Source of the DNA: Octopus sinensis
Lineage: Eukaryota
Assembly (NCBI RefSeq): GCF_006345805.1
Contig: NC_042998.1
Location: 57,846,001 to 57,910,000, forward strand
Length of the DNA: 64,000 bases
Reading direction: 5' to 3'
The notes under the pieces are model-generated. The model was not told the origin of the DNA, searched no databases, and saw nothing but the letters and a program-made list of their open reading frames with translations. Positions 14,653 through 26,020 of this stretch are shown here, piece by piece. The position numbers and the translations under genes were made by a program. The number at the start of each line of letters is the position of its first letter. The first letter of the stretch is position 1.

Positions 14653-15126
14653 TAAAAATCTATTGATATAATTAGAGGGAATACTGTAAAAATAACAGTC
14701 GGTATGTTTCTCCGCAGCTCTTATGGGGCATGAGAACGAAATAGAGGACCATTGCAACTTAGATATACAATATAGGACATTATCTCTTACGGGATAAGCC
14801 ACCCATAATTGGATACAACTCACCCAACAAGAACTCACTACTTGAACAAAACTTGACTTAAACAGGATTCGAATAATCCTATCAGGTGGTGCTATTAAGT
14901 TAGACATGGCCTGGACCAATCTTTGGTCGAAACATATCTAAGTTTTCTAAGTTATCAAAGTTATGACTGTGTGTGTGCATGTGTAAAAATCTGTTGATAA
15001 AAATAGAGGGAATACTGTAAAAATAACGAGTCTGGTTGTTTATCCGCAGCTCTTATGGCGCAGGAGACGATATAGAGGACCAATGTAATGGTGGAAATAC
15101 AATATACAACACTATCTCTTGTGGGA
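14653..15126 (+). repeat. Diverged tandem duplication (~140-bp units at 14653-14794 and 14984-15126)
   Basis: TAAAAATCT.TTGAT...AGAGGGAATACTGTAAAAATAAC...TCCGCAGCTCTTATGG...ATAGAGGACCA...TATCTCTT is present twice. Confidence 0.85.
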
Positions 15127-15407
15127 GTTATGTTCTTTTATATTCTGAATTCGAATATTTAAACATAGGTACAGTTGAATTTGGCTGTTGACACTCCGGG
15201 TTTAGATAAAATTACGTATGTGCCGGGTTTGAATCAATCATACTGAGCTCTCCCTTTCTCTCTTGCTCCCTCTGCTTCTCCCCCCACTCACTCTCTCTAT
15301 GTATGTATGTATGTATGTATGTATGTATGTATGTATGTAGTATGTATGTATGTATGTATGTAGTATGTATGTATGTATGTATGTATGTATGTATGTATGT
15401 ACGTATA

Positions 15408-15439
<32 letters not shown>

Positions 15440-15547
15440 CACATATATATGTAGTAAGACAATAAAAGAATGAAAGAGACCTCTATATTACGTAAATAGA
15501 GCAATTTATATGTAAATGTAATATGTGACAATTATTCGGTAGCCATA

Positions 15548-15606
15548 ATAAAACTCCGAGTTTCGGATGCCGAGGTGGAAGTCCACGCCGCCATTACTTC
15601 AGTTAT
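15548..15606 (-). ncRNA. Minimal type-I hammerhead ribozyme motif (core variant CUGAAGU)
   Basis: Minus strand: ATAA-CTGAAGT-(stem II with GTGGA/TCCAC)-GAAA-CTCGGAG-TT-TTAT. Stems I and III pair; A9 is mutated. Confidence 0.55.
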
Positions 15607-15642
15607 ATATATGTATGTATGTATGTATATATATATATATAT

Positions 15643-16423
15643 AGAATGGTTGTATACTGTCAATCTAACAAGAACGTGACAGTAGGGGGTACACCACCGC
15701 TGTATAGCCCTAGGAAGCATCGAACGCCTCCTGATAGCTTTGACACATTTTTCCCCTGTGTCCTTATATGCATATACGAAGGGGAGACAAACACCCCCGG
15801 CCGCCGGAACTGCATCTAGGGACACCGTGTTTCAGGATCATTGTCCTTCATCGGTTTAGAGTAGCAGACACCGGTCAGCTGGTGATATTTGCCTCGACTT
15901 CGTAATTGTATATATGTAAACTCAGTGAAGTCTATTCACTGATTATCAAAATAAGAAATATTGAATTTCTAAATCTCTCGTAGAGACATGTACGGTGGTG
16001 GGGCGATAACTGAACTTAGACATGTTATTGTGGAGTGATTTTGACTGGAAATCTTATTCTAGACTATTCGCTACACTAAGTAATAATTGGTTCTATTTTG
16101 ACCGGTACACAGGTGGTGCTGTCAATCTAACAAGAACGTGACTGTAGGGGGTACACCACCGCTGTATAGCCCTAGGAAGCATCGAACGCCTCCTGATAGC
16201 TTTGACACATTTTTTCCCTGTCTCCTTATATACATATACGAAGAGAAGGACACAGGGAAAAAATGTGTCAAAGCTATCAGGAGGCGTTCGATGCTTCCTA
16301 GGGCTATACAGCGGTGGTGTACCCCCTACTGTCACGTTCTTGTTAGATTGACAGTATACAACCATTCTATCGCCCCACCACCGTTCATGTCTCTACGAGA
16401 GATTTAGAAATTCAATATTTCTT
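15643..16423. repeat. Nested direct/inverted module array (PLE pseudo-LTR-like)
   Basis: 107-bp unit U at 15657-15763 (+), 16119-16225 (+) and 16248-16354 (-). Unit Y at 15953-16008 (+) and 16368-16423 (-). Unit p at 15643-15656 and 16355-16368. Bounded by (TA)n. Confidence 0.92.
15815..15860 (-). ncRNA. Minimal hammerhead motif with CCGAUGA core
   Basis: Minus strand: TCTAAA-CCGATGA-AGGA(CAATGA)TCCT-GAAA-CACGGTG-TC-CCTAGA. Stems II and III are perfect, GUC cleavage triplet, two mismatches at the base of stem I. Confidence 0.65.
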
Positions 16424-16455
16424 TTATATATATATATATATATATATATGTACAA

Positions 16456-16500
16456 CCAGATCAGCAGTAATTTCGTGTTTACATTAACACTCGTCAGTGG
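16456..16500 (-). ncRNA. Minimal type-I hammerhead ribozyme motif (canonical core)
   Basis: Minus strand: CCA-CTGACGA-GTGTT(AATGTA)AACAC-GAAA-TTACTGCTGA-TC-TGG. Intact core, 5-bp stem II, AUC site. Confidence 0.75.
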
Positions 16501-16685
16501 CTCACACCAGCGCCTTGGGTTAAAATCTGAGACAGTGCGTTATTGTGGCTATGAATTGTTTTGAGTCTTATTTCTAGCAATAGTAGTGCTGAACAGTGCC
16601 CTCAATTGCTTTAGCGACGTATATTTTTGCCTTTGAGTCGAAGAATTTCTAACAAGTCATAAGTATACACACACACATACATACA

Positions 16686-16781
<96 letters not shown>

Positions 16782-16863
16782 ATCTATCTACACGCATACA
16801 CACACACACACACACACACTCATATATATATATATTATATATATATATACACATATATATGTT

Positions 16864-17090
16864 GAGGGCGCATAGATTAGTGGTTAGGTTGTTGCACTCA
16901 TGACCGTAAAATGGCGATTTCAATTCCTAGACCACGTGGTGCGTTGTGTTTTTGAGCGAGAAAATTTAATCTTACATTGCTCTGCAATCACTTCGATACC
17001 GAACGTGTGGTATGTAGTGCACTCGTTCAGACAACGTCGATTTGATGGAGAGAGTAAGCTGATATGCGGCACCAACGTTTGATCGCTATA
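16864..17090 (+). mobile_element. tRNA-derived SINE, family C (diverged)
   Basis: GAGGGCGCATAGATTAGTGGTTAGG..GTTGCACTCATGACCG...TTCAATTCCTAGACC tRNA-like head; related to copies at 23.3, 34.1 and 48.3 kb. Confidence 0.7.
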
Positions 17091-17162
17091 AGTAAATCAT
17101 TTGAGTCGGTCGTTCGTCAATAAGCTGAAACGGTCATCTTCGACAACACACACACACACACA

Positions 17163-17201
<39 letters not shown>

Positions 17202-17291
17202 ACACACACACCACTCATTATCGCTATGGGCTCCGTGTGAGCAGTCATCTAAAAGTTTTTGTGCATCTTGATGCTGACATAAGTTCCTTAC

Positions 17292-17376
17292 TTTTTCTGA
17301 TGAGAAGGCGGCATAATGCACACCCTTATTCCTTCGAAATTGGGGAATATGCAGCCCTCGAAACATATGTCGAAAA
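17292..17376 (+). ncRNA. Type-I hammerhead motif with long stem II and palindromic stem III
   Basis: TTTTT-CTGATGA-GAAGGCGGCATA...TATGCAGCCCTC-GAAA-CATATG-TC-GAAAA. Canonical core, GUC site. Confidence 0.75.
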
Positions 17377-17422
17377 TAAAATAAAGGAATTTTGTTAATT
17401 CGTCGTTCAACTCCATTCTTCA

Positions 17423-17476
<54 letters not shown>

Positions 17477-17519
17477 AATATATATATATATAATATATAT
17501 ATATATATTATTTATATAA

Positions 17520-17585
<66 letters not shown>

Positions 17586-18399
17586 ATTTTGGTGACTAAT
17601 GTATATATACCAATCTCTCTTCCTTCTCTTTCATCAGTTATTATCTAATGTATGCACATGTGTGTATTAATGCCATTCCTCTCTCTTGTTCATAATTCTT
17701 GTTCTTTATCACGAAATAAGTCATGACTCGTCGATTATAACCTATGCATTCCTGAAACATTAGCCAATATCTTCGTACATTTTCAAGGCAACAGGGTAAT
17801 GTGGAAGCTTTTTCTTGTGGATCGAGCAACCTCTGAGAGTAAAATGTAAAGTCGTAAACCTCATGTGGCGAGTTACTCAGTTTCTGTAGCGTATAATTGA
17901 CAGACATCACGCACTCCACTAAACGAGACGCCAAACCATCACCTTCACTGCTGAGAGGACTGGGGTACCCTGAAATTAAGTGTTTTGCCCGAACACAACG
18001 TGCTGTCCGTCCGGTCCGGGTATGAAAACAGTTGTAGGCTTCTTCGTCAGTTCCCCTCATTACATTATTTATGTTCTAATGCTGTCAATAATAGGAATAC
18101 CAGTAATTTCCTGGTGTCGAATCAAACGATAACAAAGTTTCCATGACGAATGTGAGATATCCTTACTATCATTTAGTCGAAACTTGCTGTAAAGAAACTT
18201 CATTAAAGAATAAACAAACATCCTGTTGATCAGTCATTTAACTATTTCACTCTAAACCAAATAAACATTTCTGCGACATCTAATATCATAACTTTGGTCA
18301 TATCATTTTCTATTATCCACACTGTCAGTCAGTTACACAGCTGCCATCATCACTATGAATGCCACCAATCTCATTACTACTAGCGTTATAACGACCATT

Positions 18400-18586
18400 A
18401 ACACCGCCACTGTAAGTCGTCGTCGTCATCATCTTACCCCTACTATAATCACCACCAACACTGCTCCTATAATCTTCGTCGTCGTCGTTGTCATTTTCAT
18501 CAGTATCATCATCATCATTATGCTCATCGTCGTTGTCGTCATCATAATCGTCATCATCATCACCATCGTCGTCGTCATCATCATTA

Positions 18587-18660
<74 letters not shown>

Positions 18661-18780
18661 TAAGGCAGCAGCAACATCAAATGCTTCATCCCTGTCATTA
18701 ACACGAGTACTATATCATCACCACGTCATCATCATCATCATCATCATAATCATCATCACCATCATCATTATCATCATGCA
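18400..18780. repeat. (CAT)n/(CGT)n trinucleotide tract
   Basis: Read directly; the poly-I and poly-M ORFs are artefacts. Confidence 0.95.
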
Positions 18781-19898
18781 CGATCGTTCCTTAGCATTGA
18801 TACTATAATTATTCTTGTCTGTTTATTATTGTATCTGAGTGAACGTATAATGAAATGTGTATGTGCATGAGAAAATGAGTGTGTATTGTGTTAGCAGTAG
18901 TATATATAGCAGTACAAGCATTACAGACGTGATATCATCGTACTCGTCAATTCACCTTTCATTGTGACCCTGTGGATGCCAGCTGATCGTGGCAATTGTG
19001 TTAGTCGAGATAGCTACTCGGCTAAATCTAGCTTATTATTTGACTCGAGGACTATTTCTTCGACTTTAAATGAATGAACAACACATTTCGCCTTGACAGG
19101 ATTTAAACTCAGAACGTTAAAAAAAAAAAAAAATAAACACCGCAAAGCATTTTTTCCGATGTATTGACCATTCTGTCAATTCATCCCCAAATCATCCCAG
19201 CAAGCATTTATATAGTCAATAGCTTCAAGCCAAAGAAGAAGCCTCTGTGTTGTGGCTCATCGTTTTGAAATAGCATTCAAGTCTCCCACAAATAATGTCA
19301 CAGCGTTATATAATGTGAATGACATAGGAGATAATATGGTCTTACATATACGCCGACAGACAAGATAATTACGACAGCAACACGCTTTGATTCTACATCT
19401 GCTCCATTAGTCTGTAGCCAAAGCTAAACTCCACCACGAACAAAAAAAAAAAAAAACGATGGCGACAACGATAATTCCTTTGGAATTAAAATAATCAACA
19501 ACGACAACAGCACTACAGCCATTGGCAATAACTTCTGAACAACCGCCACCGTAATCATCAGCATCAACATTATCAACACCATTGTCCTCATCACTTCCCC
19601 GGCCACAGAGCCACCCAACTTTAAAGTATTTCGGTTCACATCATAATCTAGTTAAAGCATGAACCATGCAAAATGCCACTTATTCACTTCATAATTAAAG
19701 AATCTTGTGCCTAATTAAAAGCTTCGATATATCTCCAAAATACGATAATTATAACATGATTTCTATCTCTCTTTTTCTCTCCGTTTCTCCCTCTCCCTTC
19801 TCTGCTTGTTTCTATCTATCTTTTTCTTTCCTCTATTCTATTTCTGTCTCACCTCTCTCTCTTTCTCTCACTCCCTCGCTCTGTATATATGCATGTGT

Positions 19899-20065
19899 AT
19901 TATATAAAAGGGCTTAGTAAAATAAATTACTTTGCCACATACTGAACTCATTAGAAATAGTAGCTAAAAAAACTTTTTTAAAACTATTTCTAATACTTAA
20001 AGAAAATCTCTCTCATATAGTGTTTGCTCAATTCAACTCACGAAAGTATGGGGGTAAAGACATTA
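19899..20065 (+). mobile_element. Partial copy of the 25-kb HHR-bearing pLTR-like module
   Basis: TATTATATAAAAGGGCTTAGTAAAATAAATTACTTTGCC.CATACT...GGGGTAAAGACAT matches 25170-25337; truncated before the hammerhead. Confidence 0.85.
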
Positions 20066-20084
20066 AAAAATTAAAAAATATTAA

Positions 20085-20125
<41 letters not shown>

Positions 20126-20611
20126 ATATATATATATAATATGTATGTGTGTCTGGGACGGAGGTGATGGCCGTGTAATATGATGGGTTCGTGTTCGTCC
20201 CTTTAAATATGTAAACTGTATGCGAGTGTGCATATTAGTTTAATTAACGAGTTTGTACGCAAGCATAAAAATGTGTCAAGTATTATTATGGTGAAGAATA
20301 ATCAAGAAAGCTATTACTAATTGCTTAATTGTCAATTTAAGATCTTTGTAGTGCGTATATTGTCTCCAGTGAAACTAAATAACGCAATAACCAATCCGGC
20401 ATTTCTTCACGTTTGACCGATTTTGCTGAGATCAAATCTATCGTGTTAATAAACTAAATCTACGTGTTTTAACAAAATTCCACGCTGACTAGATTCAGAT
20501 CGATAAATCGATTGGTTCAGTCACATGGTGTGTATAATTACGATCTCACCGTAACTATGCAGCAGTGTACTCGTAGGACTCGTAGATTTGGGATGAGATG
20601 CAGAAATCTTT

Positions 20612-20848
20612 ACTTCTTCTTCTTCTTGTTTTTGTTCTTCTTGTTCTTGTTCTTGTTCTTCTTGTTCTTGTTCTTCTTCTTGTTCTTCTTCTTCGTCTTC
20701 TTCTTCTTCTTCTTCTTCTTCTTCTTCGTCTTCTTCTTCTTCTTCTTCTTCTTCTTCGTCTTCTTCTTCTTCTTCTTCTTCTTCGTCTTCTTCTTCTTCT
20801 TCTTCTTCTTCTTCTCCTCTTCTTCTTCTTCTTCTTCTTCTTCTTCTT
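20612..20848. repeat. (CTT)n tract with CGT/GTT interruptions
   Basis: Read directly. Confidence 0.97.
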
Positions 20849-21121
20849 CAGATGAATGAAACTAACTTTAAACAACCTGCATTATTAATCTCTTCATCAC
20901 GAAATATAGCGTTAATATGCGTCGCAAGAATTAGAATTTCCTTGCAAGGAAGATAAATCTTTTTTGAGTAATGTCTTACATTGTATGTGGTCCACGTTCG
21001 GAAACTAAAATCATTGATTTCTTTCATAGGCTCAAGACTGCTGATATATGGTGTTACAGTGAAACGGGTGGTAGAGGGAAATGAGAAGCAGTGACACGCA
21101 TTTATTTCTCAAAAGCATTAT

Positions 21122-21229
21122 GATAACTGAACTTAGACATGTTATTGTGGAGTGATTTTGACTGGAAATCTTATTCTAGACTATTCGCTACACTAAGTAA
21201 TAATTGGTTCTATTTTGACCGGTACACAG
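21122..21229 (+). repeat. 108-bp module Z, apparently identical to 16005-16112
   Basis: GATAACTGAACTTAGACATG...TTGACCGGTACACAG reads base-for-base the same at both loci. Confidence 0.92.
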
Positions 21230-21247
21230 ATCTCTCATTTTAATTGG

Positions 21248-21332
<85 letters not shown>

Positions 21333-21630
21333 TATATATATGTAGGTCCCTGGTTGAGTCGGGGTTAACCACAGTAAATAAGGTACTCAATACATAGCAG
21401 AGTAAATTAATTTATTTTATAGAAGGAGCTTCTACAGGACTTTCTCTCACAACTTTCGCCACAACTTTCTCTCACTCTTTTTTCTGTTGGCCTGCTCGCT
21501 TAGCCAAGAGGGTGGCGTCATTTAAAGACTAAAATAATGCGAAGCGTATTGTGACCAGCGATGTGTAGCAACATCTAATATGTATGCATATGTATAGACA
21601 TATATATGTATGTATAAGTATGTATAAGTA

Positions 21631-21686
<56 letters not shown>

Positions 21687-22193
21687 TGTTAAAGAAGAAA
21701 ACAAACGTTAAAGCAACGCAAACATCTCAAGTCATATACATTATGATGAGGGCTGTTAAGCCAAGACGATGGAAAAATTATTCTGAACGCTTGAGGGGAC
21801 AGCTTATGAGAGAGATAGAATAAGCGGTCTGGTCTTGGGGAAGATAGCAGTTGAAAAGATGGCTCCCTTCTGAACACGTGTCATTGACATGAGAGTCGAG
21901 GAGGATGAGGAGGAGGAGTAAGAGAAAGGGAACGGTGAAGAGGAGAGGAGAAGAATAGGGAAGGGTGGGAGAGAAAAACAGAAAAGATGAATAACAAGTG
22001 AGGGAGAGAAATAGACAGAGGAGAAATAGTAAGGAAGAGTGCGCATCATAATTATTAAGATAAAACTTACTTGGAATACAATGCCTGGCGTTCGATCATA
22101 TAATAATGTAAATAAGATGTAAATATATGCATATATACATAAATATATGTACATACCACTACTTATCACGCGCGCTCACACACACTTATACAA

Positions 22194-22343
22194 GACGAGC
22201 TTTTTTCAGTTTCCGTCTACCACTCACAAAGCTTTGGTCGGCCCAAGACTATACAGAAGACACTTGCCCAGAGTGCTACGCAATAGGACTGAACCCAGAA
22301 CCATGTGGTTGGTAAGCAAAGTCCTTACCACAAAGCCAATCCT
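22194..22343 (-). mobile_element. SINE family A 5' part
   Basis: Reverse complement of the 398-560 copy. Confidence 0.85.
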
Positions 22344-22607
22344 TGCTTGAAGCCGTTTCAACTCATGATATTTTGAAAGATTGTTGCATCTAGTCTCTTT
22401 TCTAATTCTCATCGGCTAAAGAGGGATACGAATGCGATTTGATCAGGACCTATTCCACATTACCTCGGTATATCTAATTAACTGAGAAAGTTAGTAATCT
22501 TAAACTTGAATCATATCCAGGACATGATAGATTTATATCGGTTTGTGTTGAAGAATTCGAGCACGAACATACCGACCTGGAAATCTTTCATCCCGTAAAT
22601 ATATATA

Positions 22608-22665
<58 letters not shown>

Positions 22666-22691
22666 GAATTTGTGTGAATGTGTATGGAATA

Positions 22692-22839
22692 ATATATCAG
22701 TTGAATAAATTTAAAACAGGGTCTGGTTTTTATTTTTTTATTATAGTATTTTTAGCATTTTAAAGTACAAAATGTTTCTTAATGTTAAAATACCATAATA
22801 AAATACGTAAAAACCAGACCCTGTTTTAACTTCATTCAA

Positions 22840-22848
<9 letters not shown>
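22692..22848. repeat. Imperfect inverted repeat (68-bp arms, 22692-22759 and 22781-22848) beside (TA)n
   Basis: ATATATCAGTTGAAT..TTAAAACAGGGTCTGGTTTTTA and its reverse complement. Confidence 0.9.
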
Positions 22849-22875
<27 letters not shown>

Positions 22876-23299
22876 TCCCTCTTATATTGAGGGATCAAAG
22901 CATTTCAGAAAGAAGTTCAGTATGTTATTAGAAACCAATTTTACACCCCTTGCCCTTCAGTCGTCTGAAGACGCATGGTTTAGTAGTTTGTGTGTTGCCT
23001 TCACGATCGAAATATTGTGGTTTCGCTTCCTGGAAAGAACAGTGCTAAATTCTCAGTTATTTATGCCCCATAGAAACCGGATTAAGCTCTGGCCATATGA
23101 GTCGTAGGGCTCATGACAGACCCAAGTCTAAGTGTCTAAATCTTCCACGACGGGAAACTTGAGTTTAGTGAATTTTTCATTATATTGTAATCAATATTTT
23201 CGCTTTTTCCAAGTACAAAAGCTTATTAGCAAAAGCTAGTGCTGAAACGATGGACTCTCTCGTCGAAGACGACGTGTGACTGTTCCGATTTGCTTATAT

Positions 23300-23520
23300 A
23301 TTGATCAAATGTTCGTGCCGCACATTAGCTTACTCTCCACATCAAATTGTCGTGTCTGGACAGGTGCACAGGGTATCATATGCACGTTGTGAAAAGGATC
23401 GCAGAGCAACGTGAGAGTTTTGCTCAAGAACATAACGCACCACTCAGTCTAGGAAGTGAAACCACAATCTCACGAACGCGTGTGCAACACCCCTAACCAC
23501 TAGGCTACACGCTCTCACAA
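23300..23520 (-). mobile_element. SINE family C copy
   Basis: Minus strand GAGAGCGTGTAGCCTAGTGGTTAGGGGTGTTGCAC...TTCACTTCCTAGACTGAGTGGTGCGTTATGTTCTTGAGC. Confidence 0.75.
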
Positions 23521-23800
23521 TACTGAAGTACCTCCACCTTTATTCATAACTCCAATCATGTAGCTATTATGCTGGATTTGTTCATAATAGAATTTGCCCC
23601 AAAGGTAATTTGTCCGAGGATTTTAACAAAAGTGAAAGCTTTTTCTGCACTTATAAAGTAGGGATGATGATGATAATATCAGATTTTCTATTCAGTTGGT
23701 TGTTGCTCGATAAACATATAGTTTTATTTCGTTATTAAAGTCCGAAATCTTTGCTGATGTAGAATGCTACGTTATTTCTTTGGCTTTAGACCTCAAGAAT

Positions 23801-24034
23801 AGTGTTCTCTATTTTTCGTTGGAATTTCGTTTATATTTCTTTTTATTTTAGAAACGTTATTTATAGTTTTGTGGCTTCTTTTCTATGTTTTTCAGTTAAT
23901 TTAATTCCTAGTTTATGTTGAAACTGTATTGTTAATAGAATTATTTGTATATTTAAATGTCTCATCTAATTTGTAGCACGGTATTCTTCTAAAATATGAG
24001 TCAGGTTTTTTCTTTAGTATTCCGTTTTAATTAG
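23801..24034 (+). repeat. ~235-bp high-identity direct duplicate of 27364-27597
   Basis: AGTGT.CTCTATTTTTCGTTGGAATTTCG...TTCCGTTTTAATTAG occurs twice with few substitutions. Confidence 0.92.
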
Positions 24035-24739
24035 CATTTAGTAGACTAATAGTATGGGACTTTGAAAATAGGGCCTTCGTCTTTATATTATATGCAATAT
24101 TTCCTGAGGATGACAAACATGAAATTGAAGTCAATAAACGTTTACGATTTCTATCAACTGAGTTGCAGAGTTTGAATACTTGGAAGTATTCTTTGAATGT
24201 ACTACTTATTTCAATCATTAGGACACCAGTTAAAAATTGTAATTTCATGTCTCATGACAAATAAACACATCAGTGATAGTAGATTTTGTTGTTTAACACG
24301 ACGCATCCCTAATCCATCCTTAAAGCCACTGCCATTTCATAACATTTAAGACATGTTATATGTAGGAGTACACTGTCAGGGGTTGTTCTTCCTTTAAATT
24401 CGGTAAAAGGTATATAATTTCAGGAAGTGTAGAGTCGATTTGTACCAGGTCGAGGAAACACTTAGAGATTCACTTACCTAAACGTATAGAGACTTGATAT
24501 CGTTGTTCTTTATTCCAAGGTTAGCTTATGATGAAAAGCGTTCGAGATATAATGCTGTCTTTCTCTTGAGTGCAGAGAACCCGGTATTATTTTAACCAAA
24601 ATGCCCTTTAAAGAAGTTAAGATGTGGGTTGAGAGACATTTAGCTACAATTTCAACGATGATTGCAGATTTTATACGTCAATGATATTAAACGTGGTATA
24701 CATATATGAGTGTGTGTGTGTGTGTATTTATTTTATTTT

Positions 24740-24935
24740 ATTTTACCTGTTTAAGTCAGCTGACTGTGATCCTGCTGGAGCACCGCCTTGAAGGGTTTAG
24801 TCGAACAAATTGACGTCCATATTTTTGGAGCCTAGTACTTATTCTATCGGTCTATTTTGCCGAATCGCTAACTTTCAGGGCCGTAAAAACACTAACATCG
24901 GTTGTCAAGCGGTATGGTGTACAAACACAGATGGA
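24740..24935 (-). mobile_element. SINE family A 3' part
   Basis: GCTGGAGCACCGCC...TAGTACTTATTCTATCGGTCT.TTTTGCCGAA.CGCTAA...GGTTGTCAAGCG; same body as 61450-61640. Confidence 0.8.
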
Positions 24936-24989
24936 AAGACACACACCTAAATATATAATAAATACATATATATATATATATATATAATA

Positions 24990-25076
<87 letters not shown>

Positions 25077-25363
25077 CAACAATTGAGGGCAAAATTAATT
25101 AATTATTAATCAATTTCACCAAGTGTTCAGTATGCAAAGGGACCATTCAAGGCGAATTCAAATTATTACATTATATAAAAGGGCTTAGTAAAATAAATTA
25201 CTTTGCCGCATACTCCACTGAATATAGAATAGCAGCTAAAAAACTTTTTTAAGGCTATTTCTAATACTTAAAGAAATCTCTCTCATATATAGTGTTTTTG
25301 CTTAATTCAACTCACAAAAGTTTGGGGGTAAGGACATCGAAAAATCAAATGCTAAGGTTATTC

Positions 25364-25413
25364 GAGAACGTACGTTTCAAGATTAGTCAAAACAACATTT
25401 CTATCATCGGCTC
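25364..25413 (-). ncRNA. Minimal hammerhead motif, CCGAUGA core, palindromic stem III
   Basis: Minus strand: GAG-CCGATGA-TAGA...TCTT-GAAA-CGTACG-TT-CTC. Confidence 0.7.
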
Positions 25414-25789
25414 AGAAATTCCTTGGTTTGGATTTGGAAACAGTATGCGGCAAAGTAATTTATTTTACTAAGCCCTTTTATATAATGTAATAATTTGAAT
25501 TCGCCTTGAATGGTCCCTTTGCATACTGAACACTTGGTGAAATTGATTAATAATTAATTAATTTTGCCCTCAATTGTTGAAATTATAATTAATCTCCCTC
25601 TGATTAATGCTTCGGATTTTACCGAAATAAGCATAGTGTTTGATGATTTTAACCCACGCTGGTGGAAAGGGGAGAACAGAGATTCTTCGCTTGCTTATTT
25701 TGAATTTGTTGGCACTGTTAGTTGGGAGCAGATCTTCGAAGGGTATGTTCTTATTTTCAGTGTTTCCAAATCCAAACCAAGGAATTTCT

Positions 25790-25837
25790 GAGCCGATGAT
25801 AGAAATGTTTTTTGACTAATCTTGAACGTACGTTCTC
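25790..25837 (+). ncRNA. Second copy of the same hammerhead (GAA instead of GAAA)
   Basis: GAG-CCGATGA-TAGA...TCTT-GAA-CGTACG-TT-CTC; one core A is missing. Confidence 0.55.
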
Positions 25838-26020
25838 GAATAACCTTAGCATTTGAGTTTTCGATGTCCTTACCCCCAAACTTTTGTGAGTTGAATTAAG
25901 CAAACACTATATATGAGAGAGATTTTCTTTAAGTATTAGAATAGCCTTAAAAAAGTTTTTTAGCTGCTATTTCTAATGAGTTCAGTATGCGGCAAAGTAA
26001 TTTATTTTACTAAGCCCTTT

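Noticed and set aside
15657-16354. Thrice-repeated 107-bp unit considered as a CRISPR-like or genuine RNA-gene array
   Set aside because: Eukaryotic context, units too long, mixed orientation and no regular spacers; no tRNA, rRNA or snRNA match recognised.
17580-17645. Minus-strand CTGATGA near (TA)n
   Set aside because: No GAAA at the right place (AAAA instead) and no convincing stem II.
17641-18060. 139-aa minus-strand ORF
   Set aside because: No recognisable domain, and part overlaps a decayed SINE-like segment (TAAGTGTTTTGCCCGAACACAACG).
25596-25645. CTGATTA...GAAA-TAAGCA-TA in spacer D of the 25-kb array
   Set aside because: The core is mutated and stems I and III do not pair; a plain ATGCTT/AAGCAT hairpin explains it equally well.
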